This document shows positions 19,501 through 28,614 of a stretch of DNA of 64,000 nucleotides, piece after piece. The notes under the pieces were generated by a model that was not told the DNA's origin, searched no databases, and saw nothing but the letters and a program-made list of their open reading frames with translations. The position numbers and the translations under genes were made by a program. This DNA is from a virus: IMG/VR virus record IMGVR_UViG_3300044857_000472. One strand, written 5' to 3'. Numbering within the stretch: the stretch's first letter is position 1; each line of letters starts with the position of its first letter.

Positions 19501-22500
19501 TTGAAGAATGTAGATGTTGGTGGTTTATATTCATATGTAGCTACTTTACCATCCTCAATGTAAACATGCATAGGACGTTTCTTAGTAGCTAGGATCAAAT
19601 CTTTAAAGTTAGTAATTGAAGAGAAGCTAGCACTTAGCTTTCTATCTCTACCAAATACTTTACCCATTAAACCACTAGCCATACGACCAGCAAGTTTCAT
19701 AGTACCTTTAATAGACTTAACAAAACCATCTATTACAAGAGTACCTAATTCGAATAGTCCCTTACCAAGTCTTCCGACCATAGCAGTTAGACCTTCGAAA
19801 GCAGGTAATAGACCTTTACCTATAGCTTTAGTGGCATTTAAAACACCTCTAGCTAAGCTTGCAGCGGCTTTGGCAGCAATATCAATAGAGGTAGCAATTA
19901 AGCTTGTAATACTTCTTACAATACTATTAACCGCTTTACCTATAGTTTCAATCGTCTTGCCAATCCCTTGTGCAATAAAGTCTACAGCTTTAAAGATTCC
20001 TTTGGTTAAGGAAGCTGCAACATTTAAAGTCATACTGGCTAATTTGGTACCTAAATCAACGGTAATTCCGATGATTTTCTTAGGTACTTCCATTAAACCT
20101 TTAACCATTTTAGAGCCTACTGAAAACATTCCTTTCATCATGGATAGTGGGAATCCAAGGACTTTCATGGAAGTTCTCATAGCCCATTTTAATGGGTTTC
20201 TAAAGAAGGAAACAGACTCTTTATCTTCACCTGAAATTTTACTTACAGCTTTACCTTTAGCTACGGCGTTAACGATTTTAGTTAACTTCTGAGTGGTATT
20301 ACTTAAGTGATGCTTCAGGAAGTTAAGGATATCCATATTGGATTTAGCAGTAGCGGCACTAGATGCTGAAGTTAATTCAGCCATCTTAGAAATTGTGTCT
20401 ACTCTGGATGCTAGTTTAGGAGCATTTAAATGGCCTACAATTCCACCTAGTTTTGCGCCACTTCCAACAGGTATACCTGTGAGTGTACCTGCTTTAATTT
20501 TAGTCGAACCCTGTACAGAATCTTCTGAGTTTTGACCTTTCCCTCTACCGAATAGAGAACCAACTTTGTCTCGGCTAGGAAGTCTTTCGATAATACCGAA
20601 GCGTGATTTATCACCTTCAATCGGATTACCATTCTTATCAACACTATTAGAATTCTTACCAGAGGCTCTATTTCTTAAACCATCGATAAATCCAGTTTTA
20701 GTTCCTTTTTTACCATTAGTACTTGATGCTGAAATAATATTTCCATCTGCATCTGTATTAGGGTTATTGGAACCATTAACGCTGCCGACTTTACCTTTTC
20801 TATTAAATAGATTTCTAGCTCTATCGCTAATACTTTCAGTTTTACCTTTAGTATCAGCAGAATTAGTATCAAGAGTTTCTACATTGGCATTAGCAGATGG
20901 CGAGCCATCAGTAGCTTTTTTACCTCTGTTAAGGAAGCCTGTTACTTTATTCTTAAGAGAAGATATCTTTTTATTACTTTCCTCATTACCTACATCTAGG
21001 AAATTAAACAGAGAACCTTTCTTCTCCATATCGAGAAGTCTAGCTTTTTCTTCATCTGAATAATTACCTTTACCCGATTTAACTCTATTAAGTTTTAATG
21101 TATTAGTAATACCCTTAATAAAATTAGCTGGTACTCTCAGTAAGAGTTTAGCAATCATACCTATAGAACTGGTAAGTTTTTTGGTAACGTCATTTAAAGG
21201 AGTTACAATATTATCTCTAAGGATTTTAACTGTTTCGTCACCAAATACAGTTTTAAAGAAACCTTTAGCTCCTTCTTTAAATCCTTTTCCGATATTAATA
21301 TTAAGCGAACCTAAGAAGTCTTTAGCCGAATCACGCAGAGTTCCAATGAAATCCTGCATAGTCTTACCAAAGAAATCACTGAAAGCATCTTTAATAGGCT
21401 TAATAAATTTATCAGAGAATCCTTTAAATACATTACTACCAAAGTCTTTCAGGTTGGCCATAAAGCCAGCTTTCTCAGCCTTCTCGCTACCAAAGAGTAG
21501 TTTATTGAAGAAAGGAGATAAGGTCTCACCAATATTTTTAAAGAATGATTTATTTCTGTTACCTTGACCAAAAAGCATAGTCTTGATAGGTCTACCGATA
21601 TTTCTATCAAAAGATAAACCTAACGCTTTAAAGAATCCAGTTTTAGTAGGATCGACTGAACCACCATTGGTAGTAGAGTGTTTACCTAATAATAGACCTT
21701 TAAGGGGATTCAGGATAGATTGCTCAAATCTCTGCCCTATCGCTTTGGTAAAAGGTGTTTTCAAGAGAGTTTTAAGATCAGTATCCTTACCTAGTAAAGC
21801 TAACTTCATAGGTAAAACTACATTTTTCTTGAAAGTATCTTTTAATGCAGTAACGAAAGTAACTTTTTCAGCTTTGACTTTGTTACCACCTAAAAGCATA
21901 GTCTTAAATGGTAGTAACACAGATTTATCAATACGAATACCTAAAGACTTGATGAATGAAGTCTTCATAATAGTTCGTATATCGGTATCTTTACCTAAAA
22001 GAGTTCTCTTGAAAGGAAATACAATGTTTCTGTCAAATGACTTTTGGATAGCTCCAAAGATATTCATTCTTTCCGCTTGTTTCTCATTACCGTTTAATAA
22101 GGCTTTTTTCAGAGGGAACAGAACGGTTTTATCAAATTTAGTGCCTACTGCTGTAATAAAAGGAGTTTTAGCAATAGTTCTAGTATCGGCATCTTTACCT
22201 AATAAAGCTTTCTTCATTGGGAAAAGAATGTGACGGTTAAAGCCTCTAGAGAGTTTATTCATACCTATAGTCAAGGTACCAACTAAACCTTCAGTGAAAG
22301 AAGTTAATGAAAAACCTCTTCCACCTGAGAACTTACCTAACCAACGTTTGAACCAGCTATCTCCAGCGGCGTCATCATCGCCATCAGATCCACCATTATT
22401 ACCTGAATCACCTGCACCGCCACTAGGAGGGGGATTACCACCGCCACGACGTCTATCTTTGATACCATTAAGTTTTTTCTTAACGGAATCTTTGATACGA

Positions 22501-24191
22501 TCTTTCAGTTTTTTACGCTCATTTTCATCAAGTTTAGTACGCTTATTGGCTTTTTCTACAGCATCATAACCAAGAATTCTTGGGTTAACACCTTCAAGAA
22601 TTGCTGAAGTTTCAACTCCTTTATTCTCATCATACATAGAGTTCTGATAGTCTTTCAGCTTAGCAGCAACATCATATTTATGAGATTGGAAGGAATGATA
22701 TAGGCTTGCTTTGGATTTTTCGTCTAGACTTTTGATATAATTATCATACGTTTCCTGAAGTCTAGCATCACGCATTTTAACCTGATCTAGTTTGATTTCA
22801 TGAGAGTTCATTGACGATGCAGAACGAATCATTGAAGCTCTAATCTTACCAAAATCAGATTTGGATACTGAAGGGTCTCCTCTCAGGCCAGTAAGCTCAT
22901 TACTTATACCACCTAAGAATTCACCTCTACGTAATTCTTTTACATTTTTAACGTGTTCAGCAGCACCGGCTTTAGAAGTAATGAATGCACCTTTATTGTA
23001 ATCATATACTTCATGAGTAGAGTTACCTGAAATAGCTTTAAGAATTTTAGCTAAATACATAGGAATAACGTCTACAATAGCTTTTCTAGTAGTTCCGTCA
23101 AATTGAGCAGCACCTTTATCATATGCGCCTAATTTTGCAACAGTAGCCGATTCACGTTTAATGCGTAAGGTATCACCTATCCATGATTTAAACATTCCTG
23201 TAAAAGAATCATCATAAGTAGCTGACCATTTTTCAAGAGTAGATTGTAATCTTACCCCTGCAGTTTTGAAAGCACCTTTAGCTTTATCAATAGCACCACC
23301 AAATAGACTACCTGCACCGTGGGCTAAACCCAAAGCCATAATAGTACCTAATGGGTCTACTGATACCTGTTGGAAGAAACCTCTCAATGGAGACATTTCG
23401 CCAAACAGCATTCCTAATGGGCCTTCATTAATATCTTTGGCAATTCTGGTAGGGTCAAAACCTTCCCAACCTACTCCAGAACCGGTTGCCATTTTCTTCT
23501 CGGCAGCTTTCTTTTCTGCCATTAATTTTTCCTTCATTAAGTCATTTACTTCACGGCTTAATGAGAGGTTATCTGACATTAATTTTTGGTATTCTAAAGT
23601 ACCTTGATAGTGAGAAACTGTTTGTTCACCTAAGAAGTTACCGATACCAGCTAATTGAGAACCTATACCCTGTAAAAGAGTAATTTGAGTTTGGCCAATC
23701 TGAGCCTGAATACCTGTAATATAAGCAAGTCTTTCGCTAATTAAAGCTGAACCTGCATCTAAACCACCGCTCCTACCACGAGAAGATTTACCCATAATAG
23801 GGATGATAATATTTTTAGAAGTTTTAGGTGTTCCTGAACTATTCTCATTTCCATCCTGTTCTAGAGCTTGATCTAATGAATCACCTAGTGAATCCATATC
23901 AAAATCAAAGCCCATTGCCTTCATGTCGATATCATCACGTTCATCTTGAGTCAGGCCAAATTTACCTGATCTTACTTGACGACCTAGATTTCTACCGACT
24001 TTAGAGAAACCTTCAAAACTCTGCATAGTAGTTTTGATATTACTTTGGGTCTCTCTTAAAATCTCTCTACTGGTGAAAACTTTATCTTTAATTTCTTTAT
24101 ATGTATTAAGTTCATCACCAAATATCTTATTCCCGACATCAGGAATAACCCTCTTTGCAAGAGAGGTAGCTAAACCTTTTAAATAAGCCAT
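16539..24191 (-). CDS. Tape-measure-like tail protein with C-terminal SLT lytic transglycosylase domain (2550 aa)
   Basis: Very long Ala/Gly/Lys-rich amphipathic ORF; AIAKAANEEGVPVGLMMTMAKIESNGNPRA...GLYQM...IFDPYLNSIAAARFI is an SLT signature. Confidence 0.8.
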   Translation of the reverse strand: MAYLKGLATSLAKRVIPDVGNKIFGDELNTYKEIKDKVFTSREILRETQSNIKTTMQSFEGFSKVGRNLGRQVRSGKFGLTQDERDDIDMKAMGFDFDMDSLGDSLDQALEQDGNENSSGTPKTSKNIIIPIMGKSSRGRSGGLDAGSALISERLAYITGIQAQIGQTQITLLQGIGSQLAGIGNFLGEQTVSHYQGTLEYQKLMSDNLSLSREVNDLMKEKLMAEKKAAEKKMATGSGVGWEGFDPTRIAKDINEGPLGMLFGEMSPLRGFFQQVSVDPLGTIMALGLAHGAGSLFGGAIDKAKGAFKTAGVRLQSTLEKWSATYDDSFTGMFKSWIGDTLRIKRESATVAKLGAYDKGAAQFDGTTRKAIVDVIPMYLAKILKAISGNSTHEVYDYNKGAFITSKAGAAEHVKNVKELRRGEFLGGISNELTGLRGDPSVSKSDFGKIRASMIRSASSMNSHEIKLDQVKMRDARLQETYDNYIKSLDEKSKASLYHSFQSHKYDVAAKLKDYQNSMYDENKGVETSAILEGVNPRILGYDAVEKANKRTKLDENERKKLKDRIKDSVKKKLNGIKDRRRGGGNPPPSGGAGDSGNNGGSDGDDDAAGDSWFKRWLGKFSGGRGFSLTSFTEGLVGTLTIGMNKLSRGFNRHILFPMKKALLGKDADTRTIAKTPFITAVGTKFDKTVLFPLKKALLNGNEKQAERMNIFGAIQKSFDRNIVFPFKRTLLGKDTDIRTIMKTSFIKSLGIRIDKSVLLPFKTMLLGGNKVKAEKVTFVTALKDTFKKNVVLPMKLALLGKDTDLKTLLKTPFTKAIGQRFEQSILNPLKGLLLGKHSTTNGGSVDPTKTGFFKALGLSFDRNIGRPIKTMLFGQGNRNKSFFKNIGETLSPFFNKLLFGSEKAEKAGFMANLKDFGSNVFKGFSDKFIKPIKDAFSDFFGKTMQDFIGTLRDSAKDFLGSLNINIGKGFKEGAKGFFKTVFGDETVKILRDNIVTPLNDVTKKLTSSIGMIAKLLLRVPANFIKGITNTLKLNRVKSGKGNYSDEEKARLLDMEKKGSLFNFLDVGNEESNKKISSLKNKVTGFLNRGKKATDGSPSANANVETLDTNSADTKGKTESISDRARNLFNRKGKVGSVNGSNNPNTDADGNIISASSTNGKKGTKTGFIDGLRNRASGKNSNSVDKNGNPIEGDKSRFGIIERLPSRDKVGSLFGRGKGQNSEDSVQGSTKIKAGTLTGIPVGSGAKLGGIVGHLNAPKLASRVDTISKMAELTSASSAATAKSNMDILNFLKHHLSNTTQKLTKIVNAVAKGKAVSKISGEDKESVSFFRNPLKWAMRTSMKVLGFPLSMMKGMFSVGSKMVKGLMEVPKKIIGITVDLGTKLASMTLNVAASLTKGIFKAVDFIAQGIGKTIETIGKAVNSIVRSITSLIATSIDIAAKAAASLARGVLNATKAIGKGLLPAFEGLTAMVGRLGKGLFELGTLVIDGFVKSIKGTMKLAGRMASGLMGKVFGRDRKLSASFSSITNFKDLILATKKRPMHVYIEDGKVATYEYKPPTSTFFKDKVEDRSLLNSKRDKAKEKDNTSIFGKIANALGSLFSGGLLAKGLGALTGILKGGGIFGKILLAITVMSKGLMSLIGTIAKNVATLVFGKRAGDLIDNLPGRRGRGKLGRAGRKGNIADRYTAAKAERQAIKDRAAKSADKLANARNAIAEKQASAKTSGNKIAEKLANARKTVAEGGSLSRSGAGAAEGAANAAKSGGGMFSRAINGAKGFFTKAGERLATGGGIGGAVKGFGGRLLKGGWKGFGISAIGGGLADTFFDKGTAGNDVMGTGASYAGWGATIGSVIPGVGTAVGAIIGGLVGAVKGAIPHLIETFKKPIIGMTDYFAEIPDRISQYAQELPNKISGLVGKIPEMINGWFLGDAEETPKIDEKTGQVIQKKPGIMGSLFSSIGSAVMSVAKALPRIAATLVEGLVKGILTTVVSLMGNVVNSAMNFVGGLGVDIKMMAARAIVAIKNKTFLLSDEEADKQYKELDKQAADEKAAIVSSSNTMEFVNGLTKSIASFSVADKIPTGIESSSVMQEKLNYEKSMKDSGGDKAKAKDAFIKSYTSGGKSAKDGEDAWAYQERAQNIRNGTDDGVTSPEYKGFQGSISEAIAKAANEEGVPVGLMMTMAKIESNGNPRAMSPGNGTFKGLYQMGPDAWRENSPNPNGDIFDPYLNSIAAARFIKKNINYMKSKGVPIDNTSVYLAHQQGPGGIVKIYNAAKNGTPLDQTTIRNMSNNRPQDGNKAATSDPNEFLRRWAVAVKMKGGGDSGDLTDSLPAFNASSGISQGTAGAISGINNAVTSANGSSGFDPSALLVGMSKGLNPNLVSSTAEVETGNGRPTVGSNPNRPTAQVAMKSSMNAMPTTGNGNVTAGVATASPSMTSQEVVKAQAVNNAIVTADPAKYSQIKDNIANADASSSLAELIKKTNEILTGIKTDTGIVAENTSADETSESIHYSNRSSSAASRSGKDERVGSNRRFFDQGLNDLYPSEGARRIAQGGAG
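21560..22240 (-). repeat. Degenerate tandem protein repeats (about 32-33 aa) in the tape-measure-like protein
   Basis: ILFPMKKALLGKD, VLFPLKKALLNGN, IVFPFKRTLLGKD, VLLPFKTMLLGGN, VVLPMKLALLGKD, ILNPLKGLLLGK, IGRPIKTMLFGQG. Confidence 0.75.
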
Positions 24192-24193
24192 AA

Positions 24194-24772
24194 TTATTTT
24201 TCCTTGATAGGATCGTATTTTATTTCTACCTTATATGCAAGAAATTTTCTTTCATAAGATTCATTATTAAATGGATGATAATAAATCTCAGGAGGGTTAT
24301 TTGATTTTTTAAGAGGATTAAATACTCTTAAGTGCCCTACTTTTTGCATAAAGACTTTCTCTAGAATACAATATTCGTTAGTTACATGTGCATCATGTAC
24401 TAATTTCTTATCAGTTAAATATTCTGGAGTCCAAATCTTTTCTTCACCATTCAATCTAGGTGAATAGACTGTAAAATCCATATACGGAAATTTCTTTGTT
24501 TCAAAAAAGAAAGAAATATTAGGATAAATAGCATAAAAACATTTCTTAAGGTCAGTTGAACAAGATATTCTAGGAGTTTTGGGTTCAGTTATATTGACTT
24601 CTTTTTCTTTATTTTTTTCTTTAGCTTTAATTTGAAATCCATCTGGTGGGCGGGGCTTCCATTCACCCTCTAAATTATCTTTGAAACTAATATGAAATAA
24701 TGCAGGAATCCTTTTACTGGATTCTTCATTTAGTAAAAAATTTATTATATTGTCTGAATGATTAAATCCCAT
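24194..24772 (-). CDS. Hypothetical protein with possible ADP-ribosyltransferase-like fold
   Basis: LFHIS ... PRISCSTDL ... VTNEYCI resembles the H/R-S-E strands of the ART fold; N-terminal FLLNEE. Confidence 0.4.
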   Translation of the reverse strand: MGFNHSDNIINFLLNEESSKRIPALFHISFKDNLEGEWKPRPPDGFQIKAKEKNKEKEVNITEPKTPRISCSTDLKKCFYAIYPNISFFFETKKFPYMDFTVYSPRLNGEEKIWTPEYLTDKKLVHDAHVTNEYCILEKVFMQKVGHLRVFNPLKKSNNPPEIYYHPFNNESYERKFLAYKVEIKYDPIKEK

Positions 24773-24807
24773 AATTTGATCCGTTTTTTAATTTAATATA
24801 AACGTTA

Positions 24808-24820
24808 CTAAATGAATGTT
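24808..24820 (-). promoter_or_regulatory. Late-type promoter AACA-N6-TAG (divergent pair, left)
   Basis: AACA-TTCATT-TAG. Confidence 0.65.
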
Positions 24821-24825
24821 GATGG

Positions 24826-24838
24826 AACATCAAATTAG
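24826..24838 (+). promoter_or_regulatory. Late-type promoter AACA-N6-TAG (divergent pair, right)
   Basis: AACA-TCAAAT-TAG. Confidence 0.65.
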
Positions 24839-24866
24839 TATACTAATCGAATAGGAAAGTCATACC

Positions 24867-26258
24867 ATGACTGCAAAAGCTAAAGTATATGATCTTAATG
24901 ACAAGATCATAACGGAGTTATCTACTATAGATACTTCATCTAAGCTATTGGCTGGTGAAAATAATGACTTAAAAGCCATTAATATTGATATTGTTAAGGC
25001 AAGTCTTAATTATATTAGTACTGGAAGCAAAGCAGATTATAATTTTGCAATGGAGGGAATTTTAGTTCTCTCTAATTTGTATAGTGATACTTTTTACAGT
25101 ATAAATCAAGATATGAATGATATCCTCAATGTATTATATCCTGATTCAAGATCACTATCTGCATTTGCCGTATCGAATTCAATTTCTTCAAGTATGAGTT
25201 CAATCTCTTCCAGCTGTAATAAGGCTTTAGGCTCATGTACTTCGTTTGCTAATAGTATAAATCCTGCAAATTATAGTGATATTTCTTCTTATATTAAATC
25301 CATAGCTCAATTTTTATTATGTCCAGAAGCTTCTTTATTAGGAGATTTATTAGGAGCTGCTAAATCTATACTTAATGCGGTAACTAATCTACGTCCTGCA
25401 GAATTACTAAATGCTATTAAATCAGATCTAGCCTCTCTTATGAGGGATGTTGTATCAGCGGCTAAATCCTATGCTACATCAGCTTTAGGTAGTGTTTTAA
25501 ATACTATAATGAGTAACTTACCCCCTTCGGCTAACTCATTACTAGGATTCATAGAAAAAGTTCAATTATATGCTTCAGCATTCATTGATTTAGCTCAAGA
25601 GCTATGGGATGCTATTGAAAGTATAATGAAAATGTTTGGCTTAACTGCTGATGATCTATTTGGAATTGGAATTCTATCAGATTTAGGTACTTCTATTAAG
25701 AATGCTATTACTAATAACAATAGCAGTAATAATAGTGGCATCCAGATAGTTCCTGGAATAAAAGTTCCTAGCCCCGTAGATACTATAAGATGTAGTCAGT
25801 TAGCTAAAATCATGCAACAGCAGACTAATTCATATAGAGCTAATAATCGATATGATTATTTGAATAATAATTCAAGTATCGTGTCCGGCATTACTGATAG
25901 TTCTATTAAGAGTCTTTTCTCAAATTATTCTAATTATCAAACTAATGCTTCTAATGCAAATCAATCTACTAAAGTATATACTTCAATGGGATACTTAGGT
26001 AAGACTGCATTAAACTCATCTATGGCTGCTATGGTTAGAAATGCTTCTTCTACAAGAACTATTAATTCTCTTTTAAATGGGATTAATACAGATGCCGATT
26101 ATAGCGCAGCTAAATCATCTATTGGTAACATCGCTAATAACTTGATTACCGTAAATAATGTAGAAATGCAGAAGCAAACTACTATGAGAGAAGGTCTTAA
26201 GAATATTATGACTGAATCTAACTACTATAATATTCCTTCTACCAAGTTTGGAGTTTGA
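24867..26258 (+). CDS. Putative virion structural protein (463 aa, Ser/Asn/Ala-rich)
   Basis: Long ORF after a late-type promoter. Confidence 0.6.
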   Translation: MTAKAKVYDLNDKIITELSTIDTSSKLLAGENNDLKAINIDIVKASLNYISTGSKADYNFAMEGILVLSNLYSDTFYSINQDMNDILNVLYPDSRSLSAFAVSNSISSSMSSISSSCNKALGSCTSFANSINPANYSDISSYIKSIAQFLLCPEASLLGDLLGAAKSILNAVTNLRPAELLNAIKSDLASLMRDVVSAAKSYATSALGSVLNTIMSNLPPSANSLLGFIEKVQLYASAFIDLAQELWDAIESIMKMFGLTADDLFGIGILSDLGTSIKNAITNNNSSNNSGIQIVPGIKVPSPVDTIRCSQLAKIMQQQTNSYRANNRYDYLNNNSSIVSGITDSSIKSLFSNYSNYQTNASNANQSTKVYTSMGYLGKTALNSSMAAMVRNASSTRTINSLLNGINTDADYSAAKSSIGNIANNLITVNNVEMQKQTTMREGLKNIMTESNYYNIPSTKFGV

Positions 26259-26259
26259 T

Positions 26260-27015
26260 ATGACTCTAGAAGAGTATTTAGAAAAAAATAAAGGATATGA
26301 TTTCTTTTATTCAGAAGATGATGCTAAGGATTTCTATACTTCTTTAATGTCGGGTAACTATCAAATTTGCGCAGCTTTAGCATATGATGTACTTAGAAAG
26401 AAGTATGGCTTAGTTAATCTAAATTCCTTAATAAATACTAAATTTAAGGAAGATTTTGGATATCTTACCTTAGAAAATCAAGAGAAATTGTTAAATCTTA
26501 ACTTTTTAGCTGATTCTATAGTAGCCTTAGATTTTGGTAATAGTCCATTAACTGGAAATTATTTCATCCCTGATGTAATCAATAATGATGAAGCCGTCAA
26601 AACTAAGTTTGGTCTGAAATATAGTCGTACAATGATGTCTGACCCTGAAAAATTCATTAAAGGGGTTGTCAAAGAACTTGATACCTCTTTTACAGGGATA
26701 ACTAAGACTATTATTGTAGATAAGATGCTTAATTTCTTACCTTCTACAACCGATTTAGAAGCTATATTCCCTAACTCAACTAGAAAGTTGAAAACTCATA
26801 TAGTTAATATAAAAAGTAGTAACGAATTTGCTCTTTATATGGCATTTAATGACTTTATTACTAAATCTCTAATCAATGCAGAGAAAACGTTTTATCTTAG
26901 CCATATAAGTATATTTGGTATTCATAATGAGGGTGATTGGGAGTATGTATTTTCTTCCTTCATCGGCAAAAATCAAGTTTTAGAAGATATGTTGTGTTTC
27001 GACATAACAAACTAA
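26260..27015 (+). CDS. Hypothetical protein (about 251 aa)
   Basis: GGAG SD before ATG 26260 (the track starts at TTG 26248). Confidence 0.65.
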   Translation: MTLEEYLEKNKGYDFFYSEDDAKDFYTSLMSGNYQICAALAYDVLRKKYGLVNLNSLINTKFKEDFGYLTLENQEKLLNLNFLADSIVALDFGNSPLTGNYFIPDVINNDEAVKTKFGLKYSRTMMSDPEKFIKGVVKELDTSFTGITKTIIVDKMLNFLPSTTDLEAIFPNSTRKLKTHIVNIKSSNEFALYMAFNDFITKSLINAEKTFYLSHISIFGIHNEGDWEYVFSSFIGKNQVLEDMLCFDITN

Positions 27016-27018
27016 TAG
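27006..27018 (+). promoter_or_regulatory. Late-type promoter AACA-N6-TAG
   Basis: AACA-AACTAA-TAG upstream of the prohead protease. Confidence 0.65.
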
Positions 27019-27049
27019 AAACTATATAGTTAGCAAAGGATTCCTGGAA

Positions 27050-27850
27050 ATGTCTGAACAAGTAGTAGGACGGATTTTCTATGAATCGGCTCCAGTAGAA
27101 GATGCAATTAGATCATTCAAAGTACTCCCTAACGGAGTAGTTAAGATGGAAGCTATTCTTCAGGATGCTGATGCAGAAAACCGCAATAAACGTGTATACC
27201 CTAAGAGCGTAATCAATAATTCTCTTCAACATCCTTTCGTTCAAGAAAAGCTCGCTACTAACTCATTATTTGGTGAGATGAACCACCCTGATGCTAAATT
27301 AGGTCTGGAACGTCAGCTTAAAATTGATATGCATAATGTATGTCATTTAATTAAGAACCCTCGTTGGGATGATGAAAATCCTAACCTGTTAATCGGTGAT
27401 GTAGAAACTACTGGTAACGCAGTAGGTAAAGACTTAGCTGGTTTGATTGTATGTAATAACATGCTTCCTAGCTTCTCTATGCGTGGCGCTGGTGATGTGG
27501 TTAATAAACGTGGCCTTGCTTATGTAAAAGACCCTATGCGTCTGATTACATGGGATAACGTTCATTATCCATCACACAAAGTAGCTTATGCTAGAGCTAT
27601 GAATGAAGATGTAAATGAAGTACCTATCACGGCTAAAATGTTGGCTGAGTACGTAGCTTCTAATAGTAAGAACACTCAGATGATGCTTGAAGATGTCATG
27701 CAGTTGTCTGGCGGCGCTATGTCCTTTAGTGTTGATAAAGGTAAAGTTCTTATTACTGAGAAGAAATCTGGTAAACTTGCTGGTTTTGCTTTAGTAGAAG
27801 CTAACCTTCAAGCTGAATACCAAGATGCTATTCTGTCAATTATGCGTTAA
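27050..27850 (+). CDS. Prohead core maturation protease (T4 gp21-like)
   Basis: QDADAENRNKRVYP, LFGEMNHP, HNVCHLI, SFSMRGAG, LITWDNVHYPSH. Confidence 0.85.
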   Translation: MSEQVVGRIFYESAPVEDAIRSFKVLPNGVVKMEAILQDADAENRNKRVYPKSVINNSLQHPFVQEKLATNSLFGEMNHPDAKLGLERQLKIDMHNVCHLIKNPRWDDENPNLLIGDVETTGNAVGKDLAGLIVCNNMLPSFSMRGAGDVVNKRGLAYVKDPMRLITWDNVHYPSHKVAYARAMNEDVNEVPITAKMLAEYVASNSKNTQMMLEDVMQLSGGAMSFSVDKGKVLITEKKSGKLAGFALVEANLQAEYQDAILSIMR

Positions 27851-27856
27851 AATTAT

Positions 27857-27886
27857 TCCCTAATCTAATTCATTTTAGATTAGGGA
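27857..27886 (+). terminator. Terminator hairpin
   Basis: TCCCTAATCTAA-ttcatt-TTAGATTAGGGA followed by a T-tract. Confidence 0.75.
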
Positions 27887-27903
27887 GTTTTTATCAAAAA
27901 AAA

Positions 27904-27923
27904 AAAAGACCCGGAGGTCTTTT
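27904..27923 (-). terminator. Terminator hairpin
   Basis: AAAAGACC-cgga-GGTCTTTT with a long A-run on plus. Confidence 0.7.
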
Positions 27924-28465
27924 TACGCTTCCCAATCATTCCCATTACGAGCTTGATTGAGAACTGTAGCAGTTACACTTGATTTATCCTGATTACGGTT
28001 AGTAAAGTAAGTTCTTACAAACCCTTCAGCTAAATCAAGATTTTCATCGGAATAATTAATACCTTTAGTAAGTAATGTTCCGACAAAGTTCAGTCTTGCT
28101 TTCTTAATATTAATAGCATTCCCATCTTCATTAAAATCTTTATTGATTGAATGAAAGATGTTTATAGCTACAGAAGCAACTTTAATACAGTTTTCCTTGC
28201 TAATCATTACCATTCCTTCAGGCGTATCTTCTTGCATAGCCTTGAGTTTGATAATTGTAGCAACAGTAAAAGCTGCAGTTCGACCAAGATGATCTTTATT
28301 ATTCAGATCATAACCAAAGGTCTTTGCAATACGTGTAATGGATGAACGAGCTTCTTCATTTTCAATGAAGTATGGAGCCAATTCTGCAATTTCTAAACGA
28401 CGGCAATATACACGTACATTTGTATTGAATGCATTCATGACTTCAGTAGAAATAGATGTATTCAT
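27923..28465 (-). CDS. Hypothetical protein (180 aa)
   Basis: AGGAGG SD, early-type motif upstream, own terminator. Confidence 0.75.
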   Translation of the reverse strand: MNTSISTEVMNAFNTNVRVYCRRLEIAELAPYFIENEEARSSITRIAKTFGYDLNNKDHLGRTAAFTVATIIKLKAMQEDTPEGMVMISKENCIKVASVAINIFHSINKDFNEDGNAINIKKARLNFVGTLLTKGINYSDENLDLAEGFVRTYFTNRNQDKSSVTATVLNQARNGNDWEA

Positions 28466-28512
28466 GGTAATCCTCCTAGTGTGTATGATTATTTTTATTT
28501 ACTAACACTAAA

Positions 28513-28522
28513 ATAATATATC
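28513..28522 (-). promoter_or_regulatory. Early-type promoter motif
   Basis: GATATATTAT on minus, upstream of 28465. Confidence 0.6.
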
Positions 28523-28601
28523 AATGATGCGTATACAGTTACGGGAACATAGAAATATTTCAATAAACCTTATTACTACAAAGAGAAATTTTTTTCATAC
28601 T

Positions 28602-28614
28602 AACATTAAAATAG
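28602..28614 (+). promoter_or_regulatory. Late-type promoter with no downstream ORF
   Basis: AACA-TTAAAA-TAG, identical to the site upstream of rusA. Confidence 0.55.

Noticed and set aside
16628-23683. Many 60-270-aa ORFs on the plus strand and in alternative frames within the tape-measure-like gene
   Set aside because: Antisense shadows of an Ala/Gly/Lys-rich gene with biased codons; they lack SDs and promoters.
27896-27907. Long poly-A runs here and near 8636, 28726, 29235 and 49096
   Set aside because: They are the U-tracts of minus-strand terminators, not slippage or phase-variation tracts in coding DNA.
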